Source of the DNA: Chrysomallon squamiferum
Lineage: Eukaryota; Animalia; Mollusca
Length of the DNA: 64,000 nucleotides
Assembly (NCBI GenBank): GCA_012295275.1
Contig: CM022670.1
Coordinates: 36,332,001-36,396,000, forward strand
Direction of reading: 5' to 3'
The notes beneath the pieces are model-generated. The model was not told where the DNA came from. It saw only the letters and a list, made by a program, of their open reading frames with translations, and searched no databases. The translations under genes were made by a program, and so were the position numbers. The number at the start of each line of letters is the position of its first letter. The stretch's first letter is position 1. Positions 41,750 through 54,574 of the stretch are shown here, piece by piece.

Positions 41750-44376
41750 TCATAATTTGAACAAGTCAAACCACCCACATCGAAATAAATGAAACATAGA
41801 TCTGTTTTGGAAATACAGCTGCATATTTGCGGTTTGGTCGTCATCGATAATTCCTTTCTTCGTCCATTCCTCTATCAGTTTTACATGCTGTTCTTCATAA
41901 CTCACGAGAACGCGTATTCCTCCACCGAAAACTCCCCGAGCCAAAACATTGATGTTTTTCTTGTGAATATCGTCTACATCTATGGAATTTAGCTGTAATA
42001 ACATTATTTTATCGTGATATTTGATCGCTGGTTTCCAAATACCATCTGACGGATAGACGTTTTCATAATGGCCTCCATTCTTGCTCTGTGTTTGTAGTAA
42101 GGAAGATCTCGCAGCTGGATTGGTAAAATTAACGTCCTGTTCTCCCTTCCTCGCCTCATCCACTCGACAAATGGTCGTCCCTTGGTCTCTATGAACACAA
42201 CGAGGTTGACGTCAAGTTTTAACAGATGAGACATAAACATCAGATAGTCATTGTATGTTCTTTTCTGAGCGCTCCAGTTTCCACGTCCTATGTCTATGAG
42301 TGATGTGACAACAGTGAAAGTATAGGAACCTGAAATAAATAAATAAATAAGTAAATAATTTTTGTGATTTTCTAAAAACTATAACATTCAATTTAATAAA
42401 CATACACTGTTATAAAATTATAGTAAAATTACAGTGTTGCAACATTATGATATTAAAAGTATTAAAATTAAGAAAAAATCAAATTTTTTTTTACAATATT
42501 ATAATATTCAAAAGATTAACATTATTAAAATTACAGTGTTACATTAGAAATATTAAAATTATCACAACTGCAGTTTTACAATATTATATTATTAAAATCA
42601 TTAAATTTACAGTGTTACAATATAAATACCAATCAATCTTATTAATTTAAAACATATGCAGTTAAATTAACTGGCATTCATAGACACCTTTGTTATTCTG
42701 TTAATCAAGGTCCTATTCTGGTTTTTAACTCTTGAATGTTGTGTTGAAGATAAAGAAAATAAATCCGAAGACCACACACACACACGTACATCCATACTTA
42801 CACATACATACATAGGCACACACACACTCATAATTATAAGACATTATTCAATATACATGTATAATCGGATTACATTATTTTAAATATTTTATGCAAGTAA
42901 TATTATCTTACCACGTACACCGTATTTCTGTGATAGCTTTAGTATAAACTAATTATCAAATACAAGTCTTATTAGCTAAACAGTAACATTCAGTGAAAAT
43001 ACAATTCAAAATCGAATGTAACTAATATGCAAAATGAGAGATAAGATGAATTACATTCCATTTTAAAATTTAATATGGATGTGTATAAATAGTCTGAATT
43101 TATCACCAGAAAGATAAATAAATAAAATATCCATAAAGAAACACCACGAAAACAATCACAGTGAGATTGTAATAGACTTAATAAGAGTAGAAGGATTCTA
43201 ATAGACTTAATAACTGTAGTTGTAGGAGGATTGTACCATACAATAACAATAGTAGTAGTAGGATTGTAATAGACTTCACAACAGTAGAAGGACTGTAATA
43301 GACTTAAGATCAGTAGTAGTAGGAGGATTGTAATAGACTTAAGATCAGTAGTAGTAGGAGGACTGTAATAGACTTAAGATCAGTAGTAGTAGGAGGACTG
43401 TAATAGAGTTAGTAACAGTAGTAGGAGGATTGTAATAGACTCAATAACAGTAGTAGAAGGATTGTAATAGAGTTAAGATCAGTAGTAGTAGGAGGATTGT
43501 AATAGACTTAATAACAGTAGTAGTAGCACGATTGTAATAGACTTAATAACATTGATAGGAGGACTATAATATACTTAATAACAGTAGTCAGAGCAGGATT
43601 GTAATATACTTAATAACAGTAGTAGTAGTAGTAGGATTGTAACATACAATAACAATAGTAGTAGTAGGAGGATTGTAACAGACAATAAAGTAGGACTGTA
43701 ATAGAGTTAATAACAGTAGTAGTAGGAGGAGTGTAACAGACTTAATAACTGTTGTTACTTTAGGATAATAATCAAATTAACAGTTGTAATAGTAGGACTA
43801 TTAGCCATTTAGATCCTGGAGGTTCAAAAATAAATGTTCTATAGAGTATTGTTACTGAATTGTCAAAGTGTTTTCTATGGTTACTTCAAGGCTGAACTAA
43901 CCACTAGGTCGTTTCCTGTATATATTTACAATTCTAATATTATTTTAGATTCACTAATGGTAATAGCTGTTGCTGAATAGTTGAAGTAGCAGCAACATCA
44001 GTAACAGTAGTAGCAATAGAATGGAGAGAAGCAGTAGACTTAGTAACTACTGTAATAGTGGGAGTAGAAGTATTATAACAACAAATAGAGATGGTAGTTG
44101 CATTAGTAATAGTAGTGGCAGCAGCAGAGGTAGTAGTAGTCAAGACGAGCCGAGAAGTTGATTTGAACAAAATTTTATAAAACGAACAAATAATACTACA
44201 TCCAATTAAAAACGATAAGAATAGATTCTTAAACCAAAAGTACTACAGCAACATAAACGATGGTAAATATTGTTCGAGTAAAGAGCTGTAACTAAAACAA
44301 ACACAATCCCGACCATGAACATCACTTTCGTGGTTAAAGAGAAACGTGAACGGTTAAACGAAATCATTCTGAACAT
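41750..44376 (-). pseudogene. HtrL-like copy B, chimeric pseudogene
   Basis: Exon 2 (42329-41750) lacks ~184 nt (frameshift near 42060) and a further 12 nt relative to copy C. Exon 1 lost its 3' end and splice donor near 44255. About 2 kb of intron is deleted near 43160. Confidence 0.85.
43163..43800. repeat. Intronic minisatellite, copy B
   Basis: Same GGATTGTAATAGACTTAATAACAGTAGTA unit. Confidence 0.9.
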
Positions 44377-45004
44377 CCTTCCGATCCGCTGGAAAACAAA
44401 TACGTGTAGGTATGTCAATTTACAGATACCCGAATAAACTCGCCGTGTTAGCAAAACACCTTTTTTTTTTATATCACTGTTGTTTTATTTTGTTTTGGAT
44501 TTTTTACGGCCTGTGTGGATGTTGATCAAGCACCTGGTCTTCAGAAAACCATCAAATATCACGTGGACACGCTAAGAAAGATTTGGTTAAATCGGTGCGA
44601 CGTGGAAATACTGAATCGCTACCAGTTGAGAGATTTCTAAAGAATACAATTGTCACGCTTTGACGACCGTCGGACAACGTGGACGTTTCGGCCGTTTCCA
44701 AGGTTTCAGAAGAACATCAACAGACTCTTGTAATAATTGTCAGTACACTCGTAGTTTAGAAAAGATAATTATGCTATAGTTATCGTACATTATCACTTTC
44801 TCGTCGTGCATCGTAGATTCTAGTTGGATTTTTTTTTTTTAAATCATATATCTGTCGTTAACAGAAACTGTTCATTGATGCCACTTTCCTATAAATAACT
44901 CTTATGTATCGCTATAGTCATACATTACAGCGGTAATATTTTATATGTTTAATAGTTTAAACGTCTCATGCTTTAGCTTAATAAAAAATACTAATAATAA
45001 AATA

Positions 45005-45039
<35 letters not shown>

Positions 45040-45215
45040 GAATAAAAATAAAAATAAAAAAGTTATCCCGAGGTTCCTTTTGCTATATATTATTATTGTT
45101 TGTTTAGCGTTTATGCGAAACTGTGTTGATACGAACATATTCTCCCTTACATATTCCAATTTCATTTTAAAAATCCGGCGAAATCACTCAGTTATAAAAG
45201 GAACTTTTGTATTTA

Positions 45216-46805
45216 GTTATTATTTTGATAATCATTAAGGAACGAAATCCACCGTTTGTTTGATTACAGCAAATAATTCATCAGACAGAAAAGCATTGTG
45301 CAACAATCATTAGAAAATATTTATCTCCTTAATATTGATACGCTGTCTTGTAAATTTTATAAAGACAGAATTTGGATGATTTGTCTATAACATTATCTTT
45401 AAACAATATTATATAAACGTCAGATGAATTATTTTTAATTTTGTAATTTATTTTTACTTTATTGTGTGCGTGTTCACAGTTTGAATTTGATCCTTTTTGA
45501 CAATGGAACTCAGTAATTTAATTTTTGTTACGAATCACTCAAGCATACGTCTTTAATTCCAAAAGAGAAGACGAAAAGCGCAATGGGAAGTAACTCTTTA
45601 TTGCATATAATTATACTGAGTTGCGAAAGTTTAAAAAAACTGAAAAGTCAGTCGCATTACGTATAAAAGTTATACTTTATGTAATTTCGACCGGTACTTT
45701 TTATCAAAACACCTTTCATAGAGTTCGGACCATGCAGAAAACAATACCTGATATGGCAACTTTGCAGTTTAAGCCCTTACTGGATTTCTGAATATCTGCA
45801 TGTTGTTTGTTCTTTCGTCATTAATGTACAATTCGAGATGATGTACATAAAAAAATAAATAATAATAAATAAATAAATAAATAAAATAAAATAAAAATAG
45901 GGAGGTCACGTTCAGGGGGAAAAGTCTTATAGATCATAAAAAACACTTTAGTTATAAATAAAATGAGATACACCTTAGTTATGAAAGAAATAGTTATGGC
46001 AAAGACAAGTTTGATCATGTCTGTCTGGTAAAAACGAAAAGTTTTATTTCGCCCAAGCAGACATTGCTGCTCACTGAAGCAGAACATAAAAATATTCACA
46101 AAGCTGTATGATTATAGCGATAACAAACGAGTGTTAGAGTAAATGAAAATAATATTTATTGTTCTAAGTATTTTTAACATTCGGTGACCCGCCGGAAACT
46201 GAGTGACTACTGAATGAATAGGTGTTTATTTTAAGCAATGTCTGCGCGCTGAATTCATAAAAATATCTTTTTTTTTTTTTTCTTTTTTTAATAAATACAC
46301 GAGCTAAATATTTGCAGATTAATTTATTTAATGTTGTTGGGTATGCACTAGAGCAACCAAAAGTGTAAGCATATTCAATTACTCTTAATCATTTGGCACA
46401 ATCGTCAAAACATCTATATTACAATTCGCAGATTACGGGTCGTATTCCCAACCAAATCTAGTTGGGAAAACGAAATTAATTCTTCATCACGCTGATCGTA
46501 TTTTCTGTTGACTTCCCAGACTTGAACCTTTATGGGATATAGTCGTGTTTTAAATAGTTTTAAATATAATTCAGTAAATAACATTATGTACTGCTGCAAC
46601 TTTATTATTTAATTTGTTTGTTGTCGTTGTAGTCGTTGTTTTTATTGTTTTTGTGAACATTTTTCAACTATTAGAATGGTTATCGTCATTCTGTTGTTCT
46701 AACTTAAAAAATGAAATCGTAAGCTTATTAAAACTAATATATTTTTCAAAGTTATTTTAAACGTTTATTGTGTATTTCTATTATTGATGGTTTGTTCTTT
46801 TTGTT

Positions 46806-46850
<45 letters not shown>

Positions 46851-47369
46851 TTGGGTGTGTTTTTGTTGTTGTCGCTGTCGGCATCAATCTTTTTTATTTA
46901 TTTTTCAAATGTGAAGCCGGTTGGATCTTTGATATCTGAAAAGAGGCCCAAACCATATTGTGAAAGATATAACTTGCAAAATGAATTGAATTTCAGTCTA
47001 GAAAAATACGAAATATGAGAACCAAATGCATCTCAACATATTCAATGTTTCAGTCCTATCAAATGATAGCAGCTAAGTTTCATATTTTTAAGGATATTTT
47101 TTGTTCTTTCTTTCTTTTTATTTATTTTCTTTTATTTGTTTTGTTTCACTTATGTGCCAGGGGCTAGATACTACAGTATTAACGATACTTCAAAACATAA
47201 CTACGACCTTAGATGGAGATTGTTCATGAAGAGAAAAACGTGACTTTTAAAGATACAATTATGCAGTAACATGGCTTATTGAAGTGATTGGCAAACACAC
47301 CCACCCACCCACCCACACACACACATACACACACACATTGTAAATGATTTTAAACGTGACTTCTGAGAA
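45216..47369. other. Inverted copy of the intergenic spacer segment
   Basis: Reverse complement of ~38934-41619 and ~53960-56277 (e.g. gaaatccaccgtttg vs caaacggtggatttc). Confidence 0.85.
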
Positions 47370-47480
47370 AACCACTTTGATAAATTTGTAGTATCAGTAA
47401 TACTCTCTAAACTGATTGTGCATTAACTGACTGACAGTAACTACTGGATCAAAAAGGTTTGTTGTTTTTTTTGTTTTTTT

Positions 47481-48256
47481 TCATAATTTGAACAAGTCAA
47501 ACCACCCACATCGAACTAAATGAAACATAGATCTGTTTTGGAAATACAGCTGCATATTTGCGGTTTGGTCGTCATCGATAATTCCTTTCTTCATCCATTC
47601 CTCTATCAGTTTTACATGCTGTTCTTTATAACTCACGAGAACGCGTATTCCTCCACCGAAAACTCCCCCAGCCAAAACATTGATGTTTTTCTTGTGAAGA
47701 TCGTCTACATGTTCCCATTCATCTATGGAATTTAGCTGTAATAACATTACTTTATCGTGATATTTGATCGCTGGTTTCCAAATACCGTCTGACGGATAGA
47801 CGTCTGCCTTTCCATGGCCGTATCCACCATCAATCCAGAAAAAATAAGTCGAATTAAAAGGGTTGAGGCGGATTGCCTCCTGGACTAAATGAATTTTTGA
47901 AAGCTGGACGATATCATATTCTGGAACTGTTGCCTCGCAATGGTCGCCATTAGACAGCAGTTCGTTGTCTCGTTTGTATTCCGGACTCTTCATAATGGCC
48001 TCCATTCTTGCTCTGTGTTTGTAGTAAGGAAGATCTCGCAGCTGGATTGGTAAAATTAACGTCCTGTTCTCCCTTCCTCGCCTCATCCACTCGACAAATG
48101 GTCGTCCCTTGGTCTCTATGAACACAACGAGGTTGACGTCAAGTTTTAACAGCTGAGACATAAACATCAGATAGTCATTGTATGTTCTTTTCTGGGCGCT
48201 CCAGTTTCCACGTCCTATGTCTATGAGTGATGTGACAACAGTGAAAGTATAGGAAC
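47481..48256 (-). CDS. HtrL/YibB-family putative glycosyltransferase, copy C, exon 2
   Basis: Intact ORF with the same acceptor as copy A; differs from copy D at 3 of 228 aa in the listed ORFs. Confidence 0.85.
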
Positions 48257-51099
48257 CTGAAATAAATAAATAAATAAATATATATATATTTTATTTATAA
48301 GATAAGATAAGATAAGATAAGATAAGATAAAATAAAATAAATAAATAAAACATTTTTGTCATTTTCTAAAAAGTGTAACCTTCAATTTAATAACACCCTA
48401 GAGTGTTATAAAATTATAGGAAAATTACAGTGTTGCAATATTATGATATTAAAAGTATTAAAATTATAGTGTAATAATATTTAAACAAAACAAAAAAAAA
48501 GTTAAATTATAATATAATATTCAAAAGATTAACATTATTAAAATTAGAGTGATACATTAAAAATATTAAAATTATTACAACTGCAGTTTTACAATATTAA
48601 AATCATTAAATTTACAGTGTTAGAATATAAGTACCAATCAATCTTATTAGTTTAAAACTTTTGCAGTTAAATGAACTAGAACTGATAGACACCTTTGTTA
48701 TTCTGTTAATCAAGGTCCTATTCTGGTTTTTAACTCTTGAAGGTTGTGTTGAAGATAAAGAAAATAAATCCGAAGACCACACACACACAGACATACATCC
48801 ATACTTACAGATACATACATAGGGACATACAACCACACACACTCATAATGATAAGACATTATTCAATATACATGTATAATCGAATTACATTATTTTTAAT
48901 ATTTTATGCAAGTAATATTATCTTACCGTATACCGTATTTCTGTGATAGCTTTAGTATAAACTAATTATCAAATACAAATCTTATTAGCTAAACAGTAAC
49001 ATTCAGTGAAAATACTACAAGTCAAAATCGAATGTAATTAATATGCAAAATGAGAGATAAGATGAATTACATTCCATTTTAAGTATAAAATTTAACATAG
49101 ATGTGTATAAATAGTCTGAATTTATCACCAGAAAGATAAATAAATAATATATCCATAAAGAAACACCACAAAAACAATGACAGATATGTGTGTGTGTGTG
49201 TGTGTGTTTGCGTGTGTGTTTGCGTGTGTGTGTGAATATATATATATATATATATATATAACACAGACGCACACACACACAAAAAAAGAAATCATTATAC
49301 CAAAATAATTTAAAAGGTGTTTTCAAACAACCATGAGATTAATAAAAAAGCATATATATTTTTAAAACATCCGGAGGGGATTTTTCCCAAAGATGCCAAG
49401 AAAAGAGTACAGTTAAGAAGACCATGGTTAGTACATACACTTGTATTCATTTATTAATCATTGTGTGGAGATAACAGTTTTCCTCTCAAATATGATCTTT
49501 GTACAAGCAATTATAGGTAACATTTAATAATGTTGCTCAGTATACTTGTATGTGTTTATATATACATACCCCCGACACATTCACACATACATACATAAAC
49601 ACACACACACATGCATAAACACACACACACACGCACACACACACACACACGTTTCTATAGGGAGTAATTTTTCTCATACCTAGGGGGTAAATTGTTTGAT
49701 TCAGGATTTGTACATATTCTGGTTTATCTCTGTCTGTTTATCCTTAGTTGCCCATAAGCTAATGATATAAATATATTAAGAACAATATTTTTAAATTTTC
49801 CCTTCTCTGATTCCCTAAATATGGTGAAAGGGTAAATATACTTCTGAAAGTTGAATATGGAATAAAAAAAATTAAGTTTCATACCAATTCATTTTTGTAT
49901 GTATTTCATTTTATTAATATGTTCTCCATTGCCAATGATATGCTTAAAAAAAAGGAATGAATCTGTTTAGCAAATAAATAAATAAACAAATTAATTAATA
50001 ATGAATGAACAATTAAACACATAAATAAATGAACAAGTAAACAAACAAACAAATAAATAAATTGATTAATTAATGAACAAATAAATAAGTAAATAAATAA
50101 ATAAATTAATAAACTAAACAAACAAATTAATTAATTAATTAATTAATATAATAAACAAATAAATAAGTAAATAAATAATTAATGAACAAATAATTAATTA
50201 AATAAATAAATAAATTAATTAATTAATAAACAAACTAAATAAATAAAATAAAATAAACAAATTAATTAATGAAGTAATAATTAAATAAATAAATAAATAA
50301 ATAAACAGACAGACAAACAAAAGAAATTCATTTTCTCAAAGATCTTCAAAATGACTAGACAAAAAACTCTAACACATCTGATAACCTAACATGTAATGAA
50401 CACATACCTGAAGCATTATGAGCAGCTCAGACACACCATATATGGAAACAAAAAAATTATAATATAAACACAATGATAAAATAAGTGATTTGCTATTTTT
50501 GAATAATATTCAGCAGATACATTTTTATTGTCTTTCAAGGAGCAAGTACAGTTGAAACAGTTAAAAATCAAAACTACAGTGGGTTTATAGTCAGAATGCA
50601 CAGTGCAGTCAAGTATGCAGTGTCTCTTGGCAACAAGGATAAGAAATACAGATGATTTAGATAAAGTAATCATGCTTTTTTCCCAAAGATCATTACGGTG
50701 ACTGACAGTAATCTTGAGCAGGGGAGAACTAAGGATTAATAGGACAACAAACTAGCACTGTGTCAGTGTGAAAAGAATGCTAACAATGAATGACAACAAA
50801 AATGGGACCATTAGAATATTGTATTACAACAGTAATAAACATCCTTGATCATTGCAGTAATTGTATTATATCTTTTTGCTTTTTTTGTTTTGCTTTTTTG
50901 CTTTTTCTGTAGAAGCAGAAGTACTGAGCACATTAAAAATATAAATGTATAAACTTAAATCATGTAAACTTTAGGTTTACTTACACACAACATACAGACA
51001 CATTTGTGTGCATATGCATAAACACACATAGACATAAAAATAAACATTAAGATAACAGATAACATGAAAATGTAGGTAAAATTAAAATGTAATAGCAAT

Positions 51100-51625
51100 A
51101 ATAGTAGTTGTAGGAGGATTGTAATAGACTTAATAACATTGGTAGGTGGACTGTAGTATACTTAATAACAGTAGTAGTAGCAGGATTGTAATATACTTAA
51201 TAACAGTAGTAGTAGTAGGAGGATTTTAACAGTTAGTAACAGTAGTAGTAGTAGTAGTATGATTCTAATAGACTTAATAACTGTAGTTGTAGGAGGATTG
51301 TAGCATACAATAAAAATAGTTGCAGTAGGATTGTAATAGACTTAACAACAGTAGAAGGATTATAGTATACTTAATAACAGTAGTAGGAGGATTGTATTAG
51401 AATTAATAACAGTAGTAGTAGGAGGATTGTAATAGACTTAATAACATTGGTAGAAGGACTGTAATATACTTAATAACAGTAGTAGTAGGAGGATTGTAAC
51501 ATACAATAAAGTAATAGGACTGTAATAGAGTTAATAACAGTAGTAGTAGGAGGATTGTAATAGACTTAATAACTGTAGTTACAGTAGGATAGTAATCAAA
51601 TTAACAGTTGTAATAGTAGGACTGT
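51100..51625. repeat. Intronic minisatellite, copy C
   Basis: Same unit, shorter array than in copy A. Confidence 0.9.
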
Positions 51626-52359
51626 TAGCCATTTAGATCCTGGAGATTCAAAATAATTTTTCTATAGAGTATTTTTACTGAATTGTCATAGTGTTTTCTG
51701 TGGTTACTTCAAGGCTAAACTAACCACTTACGATCTCTAGATCTCATTAAAATCAATGATTCATAGCAATGCCATAACAGACTTCCATTAAAAATTATAC
51801 ATAAGAAAGCAAAAGAAAGAGGTTTAGTCGCGGTTTTAGAATTATTTTTGTAACAGAATGACATTCATGAAAGGAAATTTATAAGCACTAATATTTATGC
51901 TAGATAGTTTCCTGTATATATTTACAATTCTAATATTATTTTAGATTCACTAATGGTAATGGCTGTTGCAGAATAGTTGAAGTAGCAGCAACAGCAGTAA
52001 CAGTAGTAGCAATAGAACTGAGAGAAGCAGTAGACTTATTAACAACTGTAATAGTAGGAGTAGCAGTATTATAACAACAAATAGTGATAGTAGTTGCATT
52101 AGTAATAGTAGTGGTAGCAGCAGTGGCAGTAGTAGTCAAGACGAGCCGAGAGATTAATTTGAATTAAATTTTCTAAAACGAACAAATTATGCAACATGCA
52201 AATTAAAAAGAATAAGAATAGATTCTTAAAACATGATACTTCTTACACGAAACGACTACAACCAAAAGAAAACTACTACAGCAAAATCAACTGTTAATAA
52301 TAATAATTATAATAATAATAATAATAATAATAATCATCATCCCCAAAACAAATACTAAC

Positions 52360-52531
52360 CTCTTTCAGGTCCAAAACCATCCCAGAGGAATGGGGTACTG
52401 TAGGCAGACCAGTATGAAAAACGATGGTAAATATTGTTCAAGTAAAGAGCTGCAGCTAAAACAAACACAATCCCGACCATGAACATCACTTTCGTGGTCA
52501 AAGTGAAAGTTGAACGGTTAAACGAAATCAT
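52360..52531 (-). CDS. HtrL-like copy C, exon 1 (signal anchor)
   Basis: MISFNRSTF...GIVFVLAAALY...YSTPFLWDGFGPER; G|GTTAGT donor; in-frame upstream ATGs at 52540 and 52588. Confidence 0.8.
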
Positions 52532-52730
52532 TCTGAACATCCTTCTGTCCCCCCCGCTTGAAAAACAAACACGTGTAGGTATGTGCATTTACAGCACTTT
52601 TTTTTTTTTATCTTACTGTTTTTTATTTTTTACCGGCCGTGTGGATGTTGATCGATCACCTGATCTTCGGAAAACCATCAAATATCACGTGTACACGATA
52701 TGAAAGATCTGTCTGAAAGATTTGGTTAAA

Positions 52731-53838
52731 TGTAGAAATGCTGAATCGCTACCAGTTGAGAGATTTCTAAAGAATACAATTGTCACGCTTTGATGACCAT
52801 CTGACTTTTCGGCCGTTTCCAAGGTTTCAGAAAAACATCAACGGACTCTTATGATAATTGTCAGTACACTCGTAGTTTAGAAAAGATAATTATGCTATAG
52901 TTTTCGTACATTATCACTTTCTCGTCGTGCATCGTTTGATATATTTTTTTAAAATTATATATCTGTCTTTAACAGAAACTGTTCATTGATACCCCTTTGC
53001 TATAAATAACTCTCATGTCATAAATTAAAGCGGAAATATATGAGTGTGCTTCACAACAGATTGCTTTGATTAGCAGGTTAAATTTTTTTTCAGGATTCAA
53101 GGTTCAAGCGGTAATATTTTATAAATATTATATAACAGTTTAAAGGTCTCATGCTTCAGCTTAATACTACTACGAATAAAATATAATTATAGATAAATAA
53201 ATAAATACACAAAAACAAATAAAACAAAAAAAATGTTTTATCCCGAGTTCCCATTTGGTGTATATTATTGTTGTTTGTTTAGCTTTTATACATAACTGTG
53301 TTGGTACTAACATATGTAGAAATACTGAATCGCTACCAGTTGAGAGATTTCTAAAGAATACAATTGTCACGCTTTGTTGACCGTCGGACTTTTCGGCCGT
53401 TTCCAAGGTTTCAGAAAAACATCAACGGACTCTTATGATAATTGTCAGTACACTCGTAGTTTAGAAAAGATAATTATGCTATAGTTTTCGTACATTATCA
53501 CTTTCTCGTCGTGCATCGTAGATTCTAGTTGGATTTTCTTTTTAAATCATATATCTGTCGTTAACAGAAAGTGTTCATCGATGCCACTTTCCTATAAATA
53601 ACTCTTATGTATCGCTATATAAGTCATAAATTAAAGCGGTAATATTTTATATGTTTAATAGTTTAAACGTGTCATGCTTAATACTACTACTAATAAAATA
53701 TAAATATAAATATAAATAAATAAATAAATAAATAAATACATAAAAATAAAAATTAAAAAAATTATCCCGAGTTTCCATTTGCTATATATTATTATTGTTT
53801 GTTTAGCTTTTATACATAACTGTGTTGGTACGAACATA
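52731..53838. repeat. Local tandem duplication (~584 + ~524 bp) upstream of copy C
   Basis: tgtagaaat(g/a)ctgaatcgctaccagttgagag... starts at both 52731 and 53315; single copy upstream of A and B. Confidence 0.85.
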
Positions 53839-54022
53839 TTCCCCTTACACAATTTTATTTTTTAAATTCTGCGATATCGTTCAGTTATAAAATGTTACGT
53901 ATAAGTAAGGAATAATGAGAACCTCCATAAATTTAAAGGGATTTTTGAATTTACAAACACTTGTCAGAAGACACGTTTAAAAACATTTACAATCTGTGTG
54001 TGTGATTGTGTGTGTGTGTATT

Positions 54023-54067
<45 letters not shown>

Positions 54068-54515
54068 CAATCACTTCAATCAGCCACGTTACTGCATAAT
54101 TTTATCTTTCAAAGTCACGTTTTTCTCTTCATGAACAATCTCCGTCTAAGGTCGTAGTTATGTTTTGAAGTATCGTTAATACTGTAATATCTAGCCCGTG
54201 GTTCTGGCACGTAAGTGAAACAAACATATAAAAGAAAAGAAAAAGAAAAAGAAAGAAAGAACAAAAAACCCCGAAAAATATAAAACTTAGATGCTATCAT
54301 TTGATAGGACTGAAACATTGAATGTGTTGAGATGCATTTGGATCGCATATTTCGTATTTTTCTAGACTGAAATTCAATTCATTTTGCAAGTTATATCTTT
54401 CACAATATGGTTTGGGCCTCTTTTCAGATATCAAAGATCCAACCGGCTTTATATTTGAATAATTAAAAAAACCATTGATGCTGATAACAACAACAACCAA
54501 AACACCCAATCACAG

Positions 54516-54574
<59 letters not shown>

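Noticed and set aside
47520-47735. Plus-strand ORFs antisense to HtrL exon 2 (also at 41789 and 56460)
   Set aside because: Shadow ORFs, recurring only because the copies are nearly identical
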